A stretch of 64,000 bases of DNA, taken from contig NC_045698.1 of the NCBI RefSeq assembly GCF_009834535.1, forward strand, positions 7,318,001 to 7,382,000. The letters are read 5' to 3'. The DNA comes from Camelus ferus (Eukaryota). Shown here one piece after another: positions 25,242 to 38,000 of the stretch. Made by a program: the position numbers and the translations under genes. Position 1 is the stretch's first letter; each line of letters begins with the position of its first letter. Below the pieces are notes generated by a model, which saw nothing but the letters and a program-made list of their open reading frames with translations, was not told where the DNA came from and did not search any database.

Positions 25242-27258
25242 GTAAGCAAAATCAGTTTTCGGAAAAAGACAAAGTGATAGTGATTAAGTTTGGCTTATGG
25301 GGCTCTTGTTTTCCATTTTCCCATTTTTCTGATTTTCCTACATTTTCTTTAATGAACATATATAACTTTTTTTTTTAAAGAAGAAAGGCAGTTTGCTTTT
25401 TTATCACCATGAATTTTCATCAGCCACTCTTAAAACTTCCCTTATCTGAAAGTTAACCAGTATCTTAAAATACTTAGAATCCTGTCCAAAGTAAAGGCAA
25501 AATTTAGCATGTGTGCTTTTTTTTTAAGCAGGAGTTCTGATGAAGACTTGATATTCAGGTTTGTGAGCCTGTAGTAGAGAAAAGAGGTTATTGTTCAAGG
25601 CAATAGATAAAGAAAAAGATAATAGATTTAAAAAGCAGAGCCATTTGGGAATATTCTAGCTACATGGCATCTAAGACTATTTTGTATTATTGAACCATCA
25701 GATAATTTGGTCATTGTGGTGATAACCTTGAAAAAGATAGACTGTGTTTCTGTACTCTGATTATAAGGCTAGAGCAGTAGGATAATTCATTTTAGGAAGA
25801 TTCCTTCCAAAATAACCAGCGTAGTAGTACTTATTGATGTTTTAGTGACCTAGGGAATGTACCTAGAGAATGTTAATTACCTGGAGAATGTACTGTGGGC
25901 AACCCTCTCATCCCTAAAGGGTAGCACTAAATGAATGCAGTGTTACAGTTATGTAGCACTGAAGGTACGCCTCCTTTATGTATATGAAATAAAGACAGTA
26001 GTTCTCAGCCCAATATGCACAAGAAAATCATCCAGAAATTCGTGTACCTGGAGCTGCTTGGGGCCAGGGAGAGCCAGGGAATTGGTGTGTGTTTGCCTGC
26101 ATCTCTCAAGTACAGGCAGATTCTGAAGTGAGGTCGGTTGTGGGGTGAATGGCAGCGCACCCATTCAGGCTGGGAGTACAGGCCAGCCCAAGTTCAAGTT
26201 GCCAGGTGAGACTGGCCCCTGTGGAAAGAAAGGGTTTGTTTAGAGGTGGAAGCTGTGGAGCACTGTTGATCTCTATAATACCTTACTTTCTGACGCATTC
26301 TTTCTCCTACGTGTGTATAAGTTTAAATGAAATGGTTTGGAAACACTGGGATGCCTTGCTGCAGTCATTTAAATGCATTTGAGTTAAAAGGATTTTGTGG
26401 GGATCAGAAGTGGGCCTTTGGAACAGTAAGCCTGTCTGTCATTCACATCCAGATGCTCTGGCCCACTTCTGAGGGCTCGAGGGATTGGACTGAGTGACAC
26501 CACACTGTGTGACTGGGCCAGGAGAGGCTTCGGTGCTGGGGAGAAAACACGAGTAGTGCTCTTCTGTTTTGTCCCCTTTTGCATGCCATCTTCACTTTCC
26601 GTTATCCCCAAGATTTCCCCACTTCTATCCATTCTTTCCTCTGCATTACTATCTAGTAGAACTTTCTGGATAAGATGATGGAAATATTTTAGAAATTCTT
26701 GAATTAAAAAGAAGTTCACTATAGAATTCTTTCATACTAAATCGTTACATAAAATACCTTTTGACTTGTTGAAACTTGATTTATATAAGCTTTTTAAAAA
26801 CATGCTTCCCCTTATAATGTTTTCTTATATTCAGATAAAATGAATGCAATCTTGAGTAATAATACAGATCGCTCTTATACAGTTTATATATGAAGTTACT
26901 TCAAGTTATGTGATCTTCAATTAAAATTATAGGATGCCATCTGGTATTGTTTAGTGCAAGGCTAATGTAATTATTATTCTAGATTAATGTCTTACTATTT
27001 CATTCTTAGCAGAGTTAACTGCAAAGTGTAAGGAAGTAAATACATTTCTTTAAAAACTTACAGATACCATACTTAGTTTGTGTTCTAGAATTTACCTTGA
27101 GTTCCAAAAAAAAATAATCATTTTTTTCCCCTTGAACCATTTGAATCCTTTTGGGCTGGTAGATGCAGCTCCCTGTGTCTTGAATTCAGTAGAGATTGCT
27201 CTGTTAACCTGGAGGAATTCATCTTGTATTCTGGTTCTGATTTTCCCCCTTGTTTCAG

Positions 27259-27391
27259 GTTTACGCAAATGGCATCCGCAACATTGACCTTCACTACATC
27301 ATCCGGAGACTGGCAGCGCCAGTGATCTCTGTGCTCCTGCTCTCCCTGTGTGTCCCGTACGTCATTGCGTCAGGCGTTGTTCCTCTACTAG
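27259..27391 (+). CDS. MARCHF6: MARCHF6 coding exon (~24)
   Basis: VYANGIRNIDLHYIIRRLAAPVISVLLLSLCVPYVIASGVVPLL(G); tttcAG| and |GTgggt. Confidence 0.96.
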
Positions 27392-28331
27392 GTGGGTAAT
27401 GCTGGCTGGGAGCTCAAGTGAGCACCTTTACTGACGTTGTTATGTTCTTATCACTTCCAGTATCAAGGGCTACTTGGCTCCAAATGCTTTGTTTGTAAAT
27501 ATAAATCCAGCTAAAAGAATGATTTTAAAAGACTTTTTCTTAGATTTCACTACTCAGGGCAAGATGAGGATCATTAAGCTTTTTGCTAGTTTTTTTTCTC
27601 TAGGCAGGTGAGAAAAATATTCACATTTTAAAAATGTTCTTTAGCATAAAGGAACATTTTATGCTAAAGAGACGCTCATTTGTGACACATCAACATGTAG
27701 ACATTACCTCATCACTTGTGTACCGAGGAATCCTGACAAGACCTTACAGCCAACGTATGTTCACAGTTATAAGCACAAGATTTTCTCCTGCAGATCTTTT
27801 CCTTCTACTGAATTCCCTCTATAGGTTACTAGCAAGTTGCATAATCAGAAACCTTGAAGGTCATCTGTGTCACCTCAGGCTCTTTGCTCTCTGTGGTCTC
27901 CGAGTCCCACTGATCTGACCTCTGGAGCCCTTGCTCGTGGCTCACATTGAGGTGAACGGTGGCTCTCACCTTAACCTCAGCTGCCTCCCATCTGGTTTCC
28001 CTGCTTTGAACTCTCTACACTAATTTCATTCTCAACACTGTGGCCACGATGACCTTCAAAAGCATGAGTCTCATTGTTCAGACCTCTCTGGTGAACCTCC
28101 TTTTGTTGGTTCCTCTGTGGCCTTTAAAACTCAACCCAGCTCCGCACGTAGTTCACAGGGCTCCTCTTCACTGTGACTGTCTCCGGTTCCACTGCGCCCC
28201 TTGCCGCACCCTGTTTCATACAGGATGAGTTCAGTTAGGCACCACCAGTCCCCTCTACTTATGGAAGGACATGTTTTTATTTCACTGTTGTTCTGTATAC
28301 ACTTAAGAGTTTTCCTTCTTTGGTTTTACAG

Positions 28332-28467
28332 GTGTTACTGCGGAAATGCAAAACTTGGTCCACCGGCGGATCTACCCATTTTTACTGATGGTCGTGGTAC
28401 TGATGGGAATCCTGTCCTTTCAGGTCCGCCAGTTTAAGCGCCTTTATGAACATATTAAAAATGACAA
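28332..28467 (+). CDS. MARCHF6: MARCHF6 coding exon (~25)
   Basis: VTAEMQNLVHRRIYPFLLMVVVLMGILSFQVRQFKRLYEHIKND(K); ttacAG| and |GTaagt. Confidence 0.97.
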
Positions 28468-31203
28468 GTAAGTCTGGACTTCTCCTCATCTGGCTGCTCT
28501 TGTTAAGATATCTTATTTCTTAATTTTTGTGTCTAAAGTAATAAATCACAGGAGGGAAAAGTGCTCAGATTCTGGGTATGTTTTGAGGTGAATAGATTTG
28601 CTAACAGGTTGGATGTAGGATGTGAACAAGGATTATCAAGGGCTTGGCTGTGTCAGGCAGCTGGCAATATGAGTTGTCATTTATGGAGATGAAAAAGACT
28701 GGGAAAAACTAGGGAAGAAGAATTTTTAATATCCATTCCAAATAATTTTCAGTCTGTTTTCGAATGTTTTGTTTTGACAGTATATTAGTTCTAGGTAAAA
28801 ACAAGAAGGCTGCGTTAGGAATTAGTGGCGCCTGCCTTCTTGCAAGCCCTTCTTACAACCAAGGGCCATAGGCTCACTGTGACCATTGCCCAGAGAGGCT
28901 GCAAAGTTACTGCAGAGGTGTCATGGTGCCCCTGTTCTGAGGAAACTGCTGCCTGACCTCAGGGAGAAATTGAGAACAGCCAAAGAGAGCACCTTCTGGG
29001 GATAACAGCCATTTGACTCTCCATGTCCTGATGGGGGGCTGGATCCTCTTCTGCTTTAGATGGTGTCTCACAGAGAAAGGAAGTTGTGACCATCCATCCT
29101 GGTTTGCCCAGGAGAGCCCCAGTGTACGCATGCCTCCTTCCTGTCACTGTTAACAGCGCCCCCTTTTACCCCTGAGTGCCGGCTTTGGACAACGAATTAC
29201 ATGGTCACCTTGTTTACTCTGAGGACTCCAAAGAGTAGTATTTTTGAGAATGAAATTTAAGAGTGTTCAGGGCTTCTCTAGCACTTGTACTGATGGTAAT
29301 AAACACTGGAACACTTAGTCAGAGTGCTGAGTTCTGTCAACCATGAAAGAATGGGGAGGAGGATTTCAGTTGTTTTGGCGCAGCAGTAAATACTGCAATA
29401 ATGCAAAAGAGACACACCCTCAGCAGCTTCCTGAAGCCCAATATGCTCTGTTTCCCCATCTCTGTCTTCCTGCAGAAAACGGTTGAACTGCAGGCTCCAT
29501 CAAGGGTCTGTCTTGCTTGCCCCTGGCTGTCCACTCTCTCACAGTGCTTGATCGCCAGGAGGCACCGAGTGTGCATGTGTGTGGGGTGGGGGGCACGAGA
29601 AGGGGCTAGGGAATAGAGCTAGGTGTGAGTAGAGTCTCCTTTTTCTGCCACTGAGTTACTTCTTGGTCCTGGGCAAGTTTACTTTGCTTTTCTCTCTACA
29701 CTTGATATTTTGATATGGTTTGTGATTGTGTGTGTGTGTGAAAGTAGTGCCAAGTGTATTATGTCAGATACTGCTGAGTAGTCATTGTTCAAAACATTTA
29801 CAGAATTCTCACACTTTGAAAAAACACTGGTTGATTGGAGAACAGTAGGGTAAGGAACAGTTCACTTCAGGAATAGAATCAGGAAAGACAAAAAGAAAAG
29901 GGATTAAACAGTGGGATCATGGATGTAGAAGCGGTAGGATTAGTGGAATGTTTTTAAAAGGTGAGATGTTAAGCTACTTGGCATAAACTGCCAAAGCAAC
30001 CTCATTAGGCTTTTATGTGTTGACAGAAAAGTGATAGCTGAGAGGCAGGGTAGAGAACATCATGGTGAAAAATGAAAGTTGGCACACCGAGCCCTCAGCA
30101 CTTGCCAGGCCTTTGTTACCAAAGCTTTGGCGTGTCTTCTGCTTCCGAGAGCAGTCGCAGGACACAGGGCTGCAGTTCTCATCATACTGTTGAGCAACCC
30201 GCGTCTCAGAGCCCTCAGCTCCCTGGCAGCCCTTTCACGTGCTGGCTTCACTCTCTCCTCTCACGCAGATGTGTAAAGTCTTACTGGGCACTCCTTGATC
30301 TGCATTGCTGGGTCCCAGTGCCTACGTGTACCCCAGCCCCTTCCAGTTTGTTGGCATCATTTTTGTTACCCACTGTCCTCCAGGCCATTCCCCTGAAGTT
30401 AGGGATTCACATCACTGCTTCTCCTTCCCCACTCCTGCTATCATCATGGGGATGAGGATCCTGGTGGGGGGGCCTCCAGCCTTGTCTCTGTTTATACAGT
30501 CCCATGCCTTTTGCCATAACCTCCCTGTAACCATATCACTTAAGTTTGGAAATGTGGAAATGCAGAACTTGGTCCACCGGCTGATCTACCTATCAACTTA
30601 TTAATACTCTTGCTTGGACCATAACCACCTACCCTCTGTCAGCTGCTCGCACTCACTGACTTCTCTGCCATCTCCCTTTGATCCCCGTGAAACCTTGTCC
30701 TTTGATTCCTCCTTTTCTCCAGAACTGGAGCTCTTCAGGATTTCCTCTCCTCCCTGCCCAGCTTCCTAGTTATCATATTTCCAGTCCATTTCTTCAGCCC
30801 TGTCCACTAAGCTGTTTTATAAAACATGATCCACACAGATAAATCCCTTAAATAAGTTGATACTACCTTAGCCTCACTCTGGCCTCTGAGTGCCCGAGTT
30901 TCTGGGAGCCCCTGACCTGTGCCCAGAGCCCGCAGTGCGGCTACCGCACTGCATCTGGGGCCTCCTGACTGCCGCTGCTCTCCTGTCTTCCCGTAAACCG
31001 CACCTTGCTGTGCGGAGCCTGCTTCTGTGCCTTTTGCAGGTGTTCATTCTAGACTCCTTTCTACCTACGGAACTATTAAAGGGTTTTAAGTGGGAGTGAA
31101 GTGATTTAATTTACATTGTAAAAAATGTACTGCTGGCTACTCTTAGGAAGAATGTTTAAGTAAGATCATGTCAGAGAGTAACCACCCTGTCTCTCCAACC
31201 CAG

Positions 31204-31294
31204 GTACCTTGTGGGTCAGCGCCTCGTGAACTATGAACGGAAGTCTGGCAAACAGGGCACGTCTCCGCCACCTCCACAGTCGTCCCAAGAATAA
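31204..31294 (+). CDS. MARCHF6: MARCHF6 last coding exon (~26), to stop codon
   Basis: YLVGQRLVNYERKSGKQGTSPPPPQSSQE*; phases of all 16 exons join into one open frame of 1820 nt. Confidence 0.97.
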
Positions 31295-34200
31295 AGCGGT
31301 GTCTCGGCTGCCTTGACCTTCCCCTTGCCTTCACGTGTCCTTTTTTGTGGACTTCTCTCTTTGGAGATTTTCCCAGTGATCTCTCAGCATTGTTTTAAGT
31401 TAAATGTGTTTGACTTGCGTTCCCAGCATTCAGAGAGCAGCAGTACCAGGGCTGCTGCCCCTCCTGCGTCTCCTGACATCACTGCTGTCTGAGGTCTGTA
31501 TATGTGTAAATAGAAGTTCCTGGATACCCTGAAACCTGGGATTAAACAGAATGTGCATTGTACATCTTTAAACAAAATGTATATTAATTTATTAAATCTA
31601 GTTGTCACTTTATTTTGGACCTGCTGTGATCTTGACAGGAAATGTGCCACAGAGCCATAGGGCAGAGGCAAGACTTACATGACGTCTTTTGGAACACAGT
31701 GTCACGGTGTTCTTAGCAGTTCTTATTAAGTAAACTGTACATTCTGTCTCTCTTGGCTGTTCAGACCTTACCAAGGACGTAAAAGGAAACAAGTAGAAGT
31801 CAGCAGCGGAGTGTCTGTGGTAAGAAAACACGAGCTTGGGCTTCACTGTCAGTCGTTTATGGAGGTTGTTCTGTGTAACACCAAAGCTGTTGTACATTTT
31901 CTACTGCCTGATTTTTTTTCATGTGTCTGTGTTTGTAATATTGTATAGTATCTTGTGCTAGGTGAGGAAATTATTTTTAATTTTGATAATTTAATATTCC
32001 TAGTGATCAGCATTGGGAATTAGGTTTTTGTGCTTGTTAGGGGCATGTCTGTACTTAGAGAAAAAAAAAGTCCAAAAGAAGATTTTTCTTTAGGTCCCCC
32101 AGCCCCGTTTTTTCCACACACAGCTGTCTTTCATGCAAGATCATTAATCTTGAATAACTCCATCAGTGATACTGCATCTGCCTGGAATAGGGATGTACTG
32201 AAATGTTTGTTAATTGTAGATGAGGTTTGTGATCTTAGATTGACAGCATTAGAGAAGACTGGTTAGAACCCCTGGTCCTGCTGGTTTGTGTATCATTAGG
32301 TGAGGATTAGTGCAGTGCATTTCTCCAAAGGTTCCAAAGCTTTTTGTTTACAGAATAAAACTACAAATAAAACCAACTTGATTTTATTTGACCAGAAGGA
32401 AGCTGGCTGAGCTGGCCTTTTTACATAGGAGTACAGAATGTATTTCATTGGAAACATGCTGTAAAATCTTAGAAAACTAAACACTTACAAACTTGGTTTT
32501 CTCTTATAACCAGAGCTTCAAATTAGAAGTGTAGGGGAATAGAATGGGCATGTGATCCGAGTGTTTAATGGTACTGGTATGTTGTAAGGGTAGTGTTTGC
32601 TTTTGAGTGATAATTTAGAAGTTCTCAGAAAAAAAGGGACAGCATAGGTCTTAAGAAACCATAAAGGAATTTCCATATAGTATTAAAACCCTTAGGCTTA
32701 AATCTAGGGATTTTTAAAATACAAGAGTCAGTCAAGCAGTAAGCTACCAAAATCAAAAGCAACGTGTTCTAGTTGCTTTATATTTCAACAATTTTTTCTA
32801 AAGTGGTAAGCGATTACTTTAAAACATATTTTAAAACACCAGTATCAAAAAAAAAGTCTGATACAGGATTCAGTGTTACAGGTTTTGGCACTTTGTAGTG
32901 CCCCTTTCTCATATTTGAAATAAGGTCTTTGCTAGCCCTACCTTTACTTAGAAATTTAGTCCTATTGTAAAAATTAGGAGCATTTTAAACATAATGCCAC
33001 CTGTCATGGCGTATGTCTATATAAATTGTTCTCCTTGGGAGAAAAATGTTACCAAATTGGGCATCTAAATTGATTATGTCAATTTAAGTTTTTTTTTAAT
33101 TTTTCAGAGAATTTGTAGATCTTGATATAAAGTCATTGAAACACATTTATCTGTTTTACCAGAAAGAGATCTAAGCAGATACCACAAAAGATTAAAAATT
33201 GTTATTCTACAAAATTTTAAATGAATCTTATCAGATATTTTATTAAAAAAAAAAAAATGGCCAAAAAGTTGCCCTCCATTTCACTGGCAGATAACTGTAT
33301 CTTGTCTTAAGGATTTCCCCTGGTTTTCCAGTTGTACTTTGTCCTGTTGTTTTCAGTAAGGTGAATACTTTCATAAGGAAAGCATTTGCTGGCATACTAT
33401 TTACTTGGGTAGCATCGAGGTTTTATTATTAACCAGTAGTCTTATAAATATTTAAAATCTCTAGTTCAGAAAGTGCTAGTATTGCTGCCCTTCTTCATGT
33501 AGAATTTTTAAAAAATAATAGTGTAGCTTTGCTTCATGTTACATTGGGCTAAAACTGTCTTCAAGGAAGTAAGTTAGGAAAAAAGACCTTTTTGCTTTAT
33601 TTTTACTGTTTATAAATTGAAGACAAATCAACATTTGGGGTTAGTTTTACATGACCAGTTATCAAATGGTCATAGTATGAAGTGTGCAGTTGTGCATTAC
33701 TAGCAAATTATGTTTGATTTTTAAACTATTAAGTACTAATAGTTGAGATGAAAACTGAAGAAAATGCCAATGTGAAGTTTGTCTATAGCTAGCCTTAAAA
33801 AAGTTCCGTGTTTTTAGGTAATTTTTTTCCTGTTTTCTGGAGAAACAATGGAGATTGGACATCTCAATTCCAGATGTAAATGAAAAGTAATTTTTATTTC
33901 AACATTTAATATAACTGTTATTACTGTGGATTCTTGTCTTGTGTTTTTTCTTTCCCTTGTTCAAATAATAGAGAATAACTTTTTCTCAAGTGATTTGATC
34001 TTAGATATCATTTCTGTATTGTCAAAATGCTACTCTTAAAGTGTAATTGTTGAATTTAGGTTGAATTGATGACCTTTTTAAAACAAAACAAATAAGAACC
34101 TGGACATTTTTACATTGTATTGTGTTTGCAAACACACACACTCCACTCCCTCCCTCCCTCACGCACTGTGGAGAAGGTAGCACCAGTCAGGAACGTGGGC

Positions 34201-34865
34201 ACTTTTTTGAACATTGCAAGTGAGCTGCTTATTCTTTTTCAGGACTGCGCTCTTTACTTAACTGTGATGTTTTTTATATTGTAAAATTAAATGGTTATGT
34301 TTAAAGTACCCCTTCAGAATGTCACCTGTTCAGTCGCTGCCAAGAGGAAAAACAAATGTTTTCCCACTAAAGTGTTATTAGAGGCCTCATGTGTAGAGAT
34401 TGTCTAACTTCCTTGTATTTCCTTCATTTATTTGCCTTTTAGTTGGATGTTTTCCTTTCAATGTGTTACCGCCTTTTGTCATTTTTAGAACAGCCATCAG
34501 GAGTAAGGGTTTCTTTCAGATAATCCCCAACAATATCTTTGGCATTTAATACAACATAAAGGTAAGACAGGATACATGTTTTCATTCCCATCTATTTTGT
34601 TTGAGTGCTTCATTCTGTAGTCGTGAAATTAATATAGTACCTTAACTGAAAATGTAATGACCATAAGGCCTAGAAATGACCGTTGTAGAAGCTAAAAAAA
34701 TAGAACACTTACTTAGTTAGATGTCAGTTTTCTAAGCACCTTAGATACCCAGACCAACCTCATGTGTATATATTCTGAAGTGCTCCCTTTTTTATGTGGT
34801 CGTTTGTTTCTTTCTGAGTTGAGAGAAAAAAATTGAATAAAAATGTTAGTTGTAGCCTAGTTTTT
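31295..34865 (+). other. MARCHF6: MARCHF6 3' UTR (end approximate; longer isoforms possible)
   Basis: AT-rich, no obvious interspersed repeats; poly(A) hexamers at 31591 (ATTAAA), 32354/32366 and 34836 (AATAAA). Confidence 0.65.
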
Positions 34866-34890
34866 TTTTGGTTGTTTATTTTTGCTTTGT
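34836..34890 (+). terminator. Probable MARCHF6 cleavage/polyadenylation signal
   Basis: AATAAA at 34836-34841, upstream TGTA at 34765, U/GU-rich downstream element (tttttttttggttgtttatttttgctttgt) from 34861. Confidence 0.7.
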
Positions 34891-36169
34891 TGCAAGATTG
34901 CTTCAGAATTACAGAAATGTGCATTATTAGCTGGCATAGGTAGATAATCCAGATTGTTAAAAAAAATAATAATTATGTAAGAAAAAGAACTCAAGTTACA
35001 TATGATTATAGCCCCTCTGTTCTAAGTATGCATTTGAAAGTGCAGTTGCAGAAGACACACCATCCCCCTCCCTCCGTCCGCTGTGCCTGGAGACCGTCCT
35101 CACTGAGCAGAGTGAGACCTGTCATCCTGTGCCACAGGCGAGGTGCCACCCACCTCTGCGCCTCCACTGTGCGGTCCGAGTGTCAGGCTTCACCGGGTTG
35201 TCTCTTAGATGGAGACTTGGTTAGGGTAAAACCAATCAAGCCCATTTTACATGCTGATCATACACATGTGTCAGAGAAAAAGGAGAGGCTCGTGTGAGAT
35301 TTTTTCTTCCTGAGTGCCCTTTGTGAAGAGGTCTTTTGTTTCTGATTTTTCTTTGTTTCTAGGTTCAACACTTTCTTCTATGATTTTTAAAACATCAAGT
35401 GCTATTTTATTTCTTTTAAATGCAGTGGTGGTAGGCGAAATGCTGTTTGAACCTAGAGCGTTTGTAATCTGTGAAGTTGAAATTTTACAGCAAAGGGAAT
35501 TGTACAGTGAATCTCAGAAAGTGGTCATTAATTCCCTCCGCCCGCTGTGCAGTGTGCAGCCGCTCTTGCAGACAGAACCAACATGACAAGTGAAATAGGG
35601 CTCTGAGGAGGTAGCATTCCCCCATCCACCCCGTTTTTGTTTTGTTTTGTGTGTTGTTTCTAGCGCTGTACTTAGTACTGTAGTTGAGCGAAGTACGGGG
35701 TCTGCCTTCAGGGAGCCCAGTTAGAATGGAAAAGAACAGGATAATGAGCCAAAGATACTATTGTAGGTAGGGATAAAATGCCACGAGGAACACAGAGAAA
35801 GGATCCACCTGTGGAGTCTGTGATGACCTGGCTGTATCCTTGATTACTGTTTTGTATATGTCGTCACCCCTCGTCCCACATCCCACATGTCCTCTGTCAC
35901 CCCCTGCAGTCTGCTTCTGCCAGTCCCATGTGGCACTAAAACTTCTTATGTCAACAGTCAGTAACCTGGTGAGGCCCCTTTCTATAGCACTTCACGTTGT
36001 TTAATCATCTTTATGAAATTTCTTCCTTTACATAAGTAACAGTGCACTGTCTTTCTGCTTTTCCATGTTTGTTTAGTAACTTTTCTTAAGGACAAGAAGC
36101 TTTATATCTGGGAACCCCATTCATTCCCTCCTTTGTTCTTTGCTTATCTGGATCAGTCCCTTCTGCTAG

Positions 36170-37465
36170 CTGCACAGATTCATTGGTTTGATGGAGCAGA
36201 ATAGACAGTCCAGAAATAGACCTACACATACATGGAGAGCTGCCTTTTCACAGAGGTGCAGAAGTCCAATAAATGGTGCTGGAATAATTGAACATCCAGA
36301 TGCAAGATTAAAAATTGATCCGTATCTCAAATTGGCAAAAATTAACTCAAAATGGACTGTAGTCCTAAATGTAAGATCCATAACTATATATGAAGAAGAC
36401 AAAGCGGAAAATAATCCTGGGTTACAACCCCTAAAGCACCATCCATAGAAGAAGAATTTGACGAATTGGGCTTTATCAATATTGAGAACATCTGCTCTTT
36501 GAAATACACGGTTTAGAAAACAAAAAGACAAGTCATGGAGTAGCAGAAAATGTTTACAAAACATTTCTGATAAAGGAAACGCATTTGAAGTAAAGGAGTC
36601 TCTAAACTTGGTAGTAGGAAAACCTATTTGCCTATTTTAAAAAAATGGGCAAAATATTTAAATGTACTTCACTGCAAAGGATCAATAGACGGCAAGTAAA
36701 CACATGAGAAAATGTTCAACATAATTAGCCATAAAGAAAATGCACATGAAAACTACAGTGAGATGACCACTACACGTATATTAGAATGGCTAAAATTAAA
36801 AATACCATACGTACCATGTGATGGTGAGGACCTGGAGGGACTGGAACGCTCATAACCTGCTGGAGGGAATGTAAAGTGATACAGCTACGGGAGAGAGTTG
36901 GGCAGTTCTTTAAAGGGTAAAACACGTACTTACCACTATCGGTTATTTACCAAAAGAAAAGAAGGTTTAAGTCCTTATGAGGACTTAGACATGAGTGTTC
37001 AAAGTAGCTTTATTTGTAATAACCCAAAGCTGGAAACAACCCACGTGCTCATCAACAGGTGAATGGATAAATGATTATCCATACAGTGGGATGTTGCTCA
37101 GCAACAAAAAGGAAATCACTATTGGTATATGCAACATGAACAAATCTCAAAATGATTGTGCTGGGTGAAAGTATACTAAAAATGTACAGTATGCTTTCCT
37201 TTATATAAAATTCTAGAAAATACAAAGTAACCTACGGAAGTCTAGAAAGCAGATCAGTGCGGGTGGGGCTTGGCAAGGAGGGACTCGGAGGGGTTTCAAA
37301 GGCACATAAACGGGGGGGGGGGCGGAAGGATGCATGTGTGTGATGGACGCGTTCACCATCTTGACGGTGTTCTGGTTTGACATGTATATACATCCCAGAA
37401 CTTACAGAATTGTAGAGTTTATACTCGTGCAATTCATGCATGTTAATTACACCTCAATTTTTAAA
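36170..37465 (+). mobile_element. Old L1 (L1M-type) ORF2 3' end plus 3' UTR
   Basis: aaattaactcaaaatgga, aaaaaatgggcaaaa, ctggaaacaaccc...gaatggataaa, ...aattacacctcaatttttaaa motifs. Confidence 0.85.
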
Positions 37466-37599
37466 GTTATGTGTTCATACATTCTCTCCAACCTACCATT
37501 TCTCTTACCTCAGAGTGTCATCTCCTTTCTCACTTTTGGCTGATGATTTTTATTCATACTTCACTTAGAAGCAATCACAGCAGAACTTTTCACAAGTTC

Positions 37600-38000
37600 A
37601 CATTGTCTGGCCCATCACCCACTGTGTTTACTTTGCTCCAGGCAGCCTCTCCTTTTCAAACATCAGGGCCTTTGCACTTCTATTTGCCATGCCTTAATGT
37701 CTCCCCATCCTCATTTCTTTACTAAAATGTCTCTAAGGGAGGCTTATTTAAAATTGTAGCTACTGGGCCATTCCTCTGTTCTACTCTATTCTTCTCTTTC
37801 ATATTTATCAACATGCTGTACAGTTTATCTATCTTGTTTACATTTGCATGTTTTCCCTCACTTGGAATGTAGGCTCCAGAGGTTTTTTTTTTTTTTCCCA
37901 TTTTCCCTTAATTATTTGGGGATTACTACTGTAATTCCTGGCAGTCTTGGGATATATTTGGCATTCAATAAATATTGTTGAGTAAATAAATGAATGAATC
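37600..38000 (+). mobile_element. L2 3' end remnant
   Basis: cagggcctttgcact... ending caataaatattgttgagtaaataaatgaatgaat. Confidence 0.7.

Noticed and set aside
30305..30604. 99-aa ORF ending EMQNLVHRLIY as an alternative or duplicated MARCHF6 exon
   Set aside because: Homology is limited to 41 bp, with no usable splice sites; the rest is repeat-derived.
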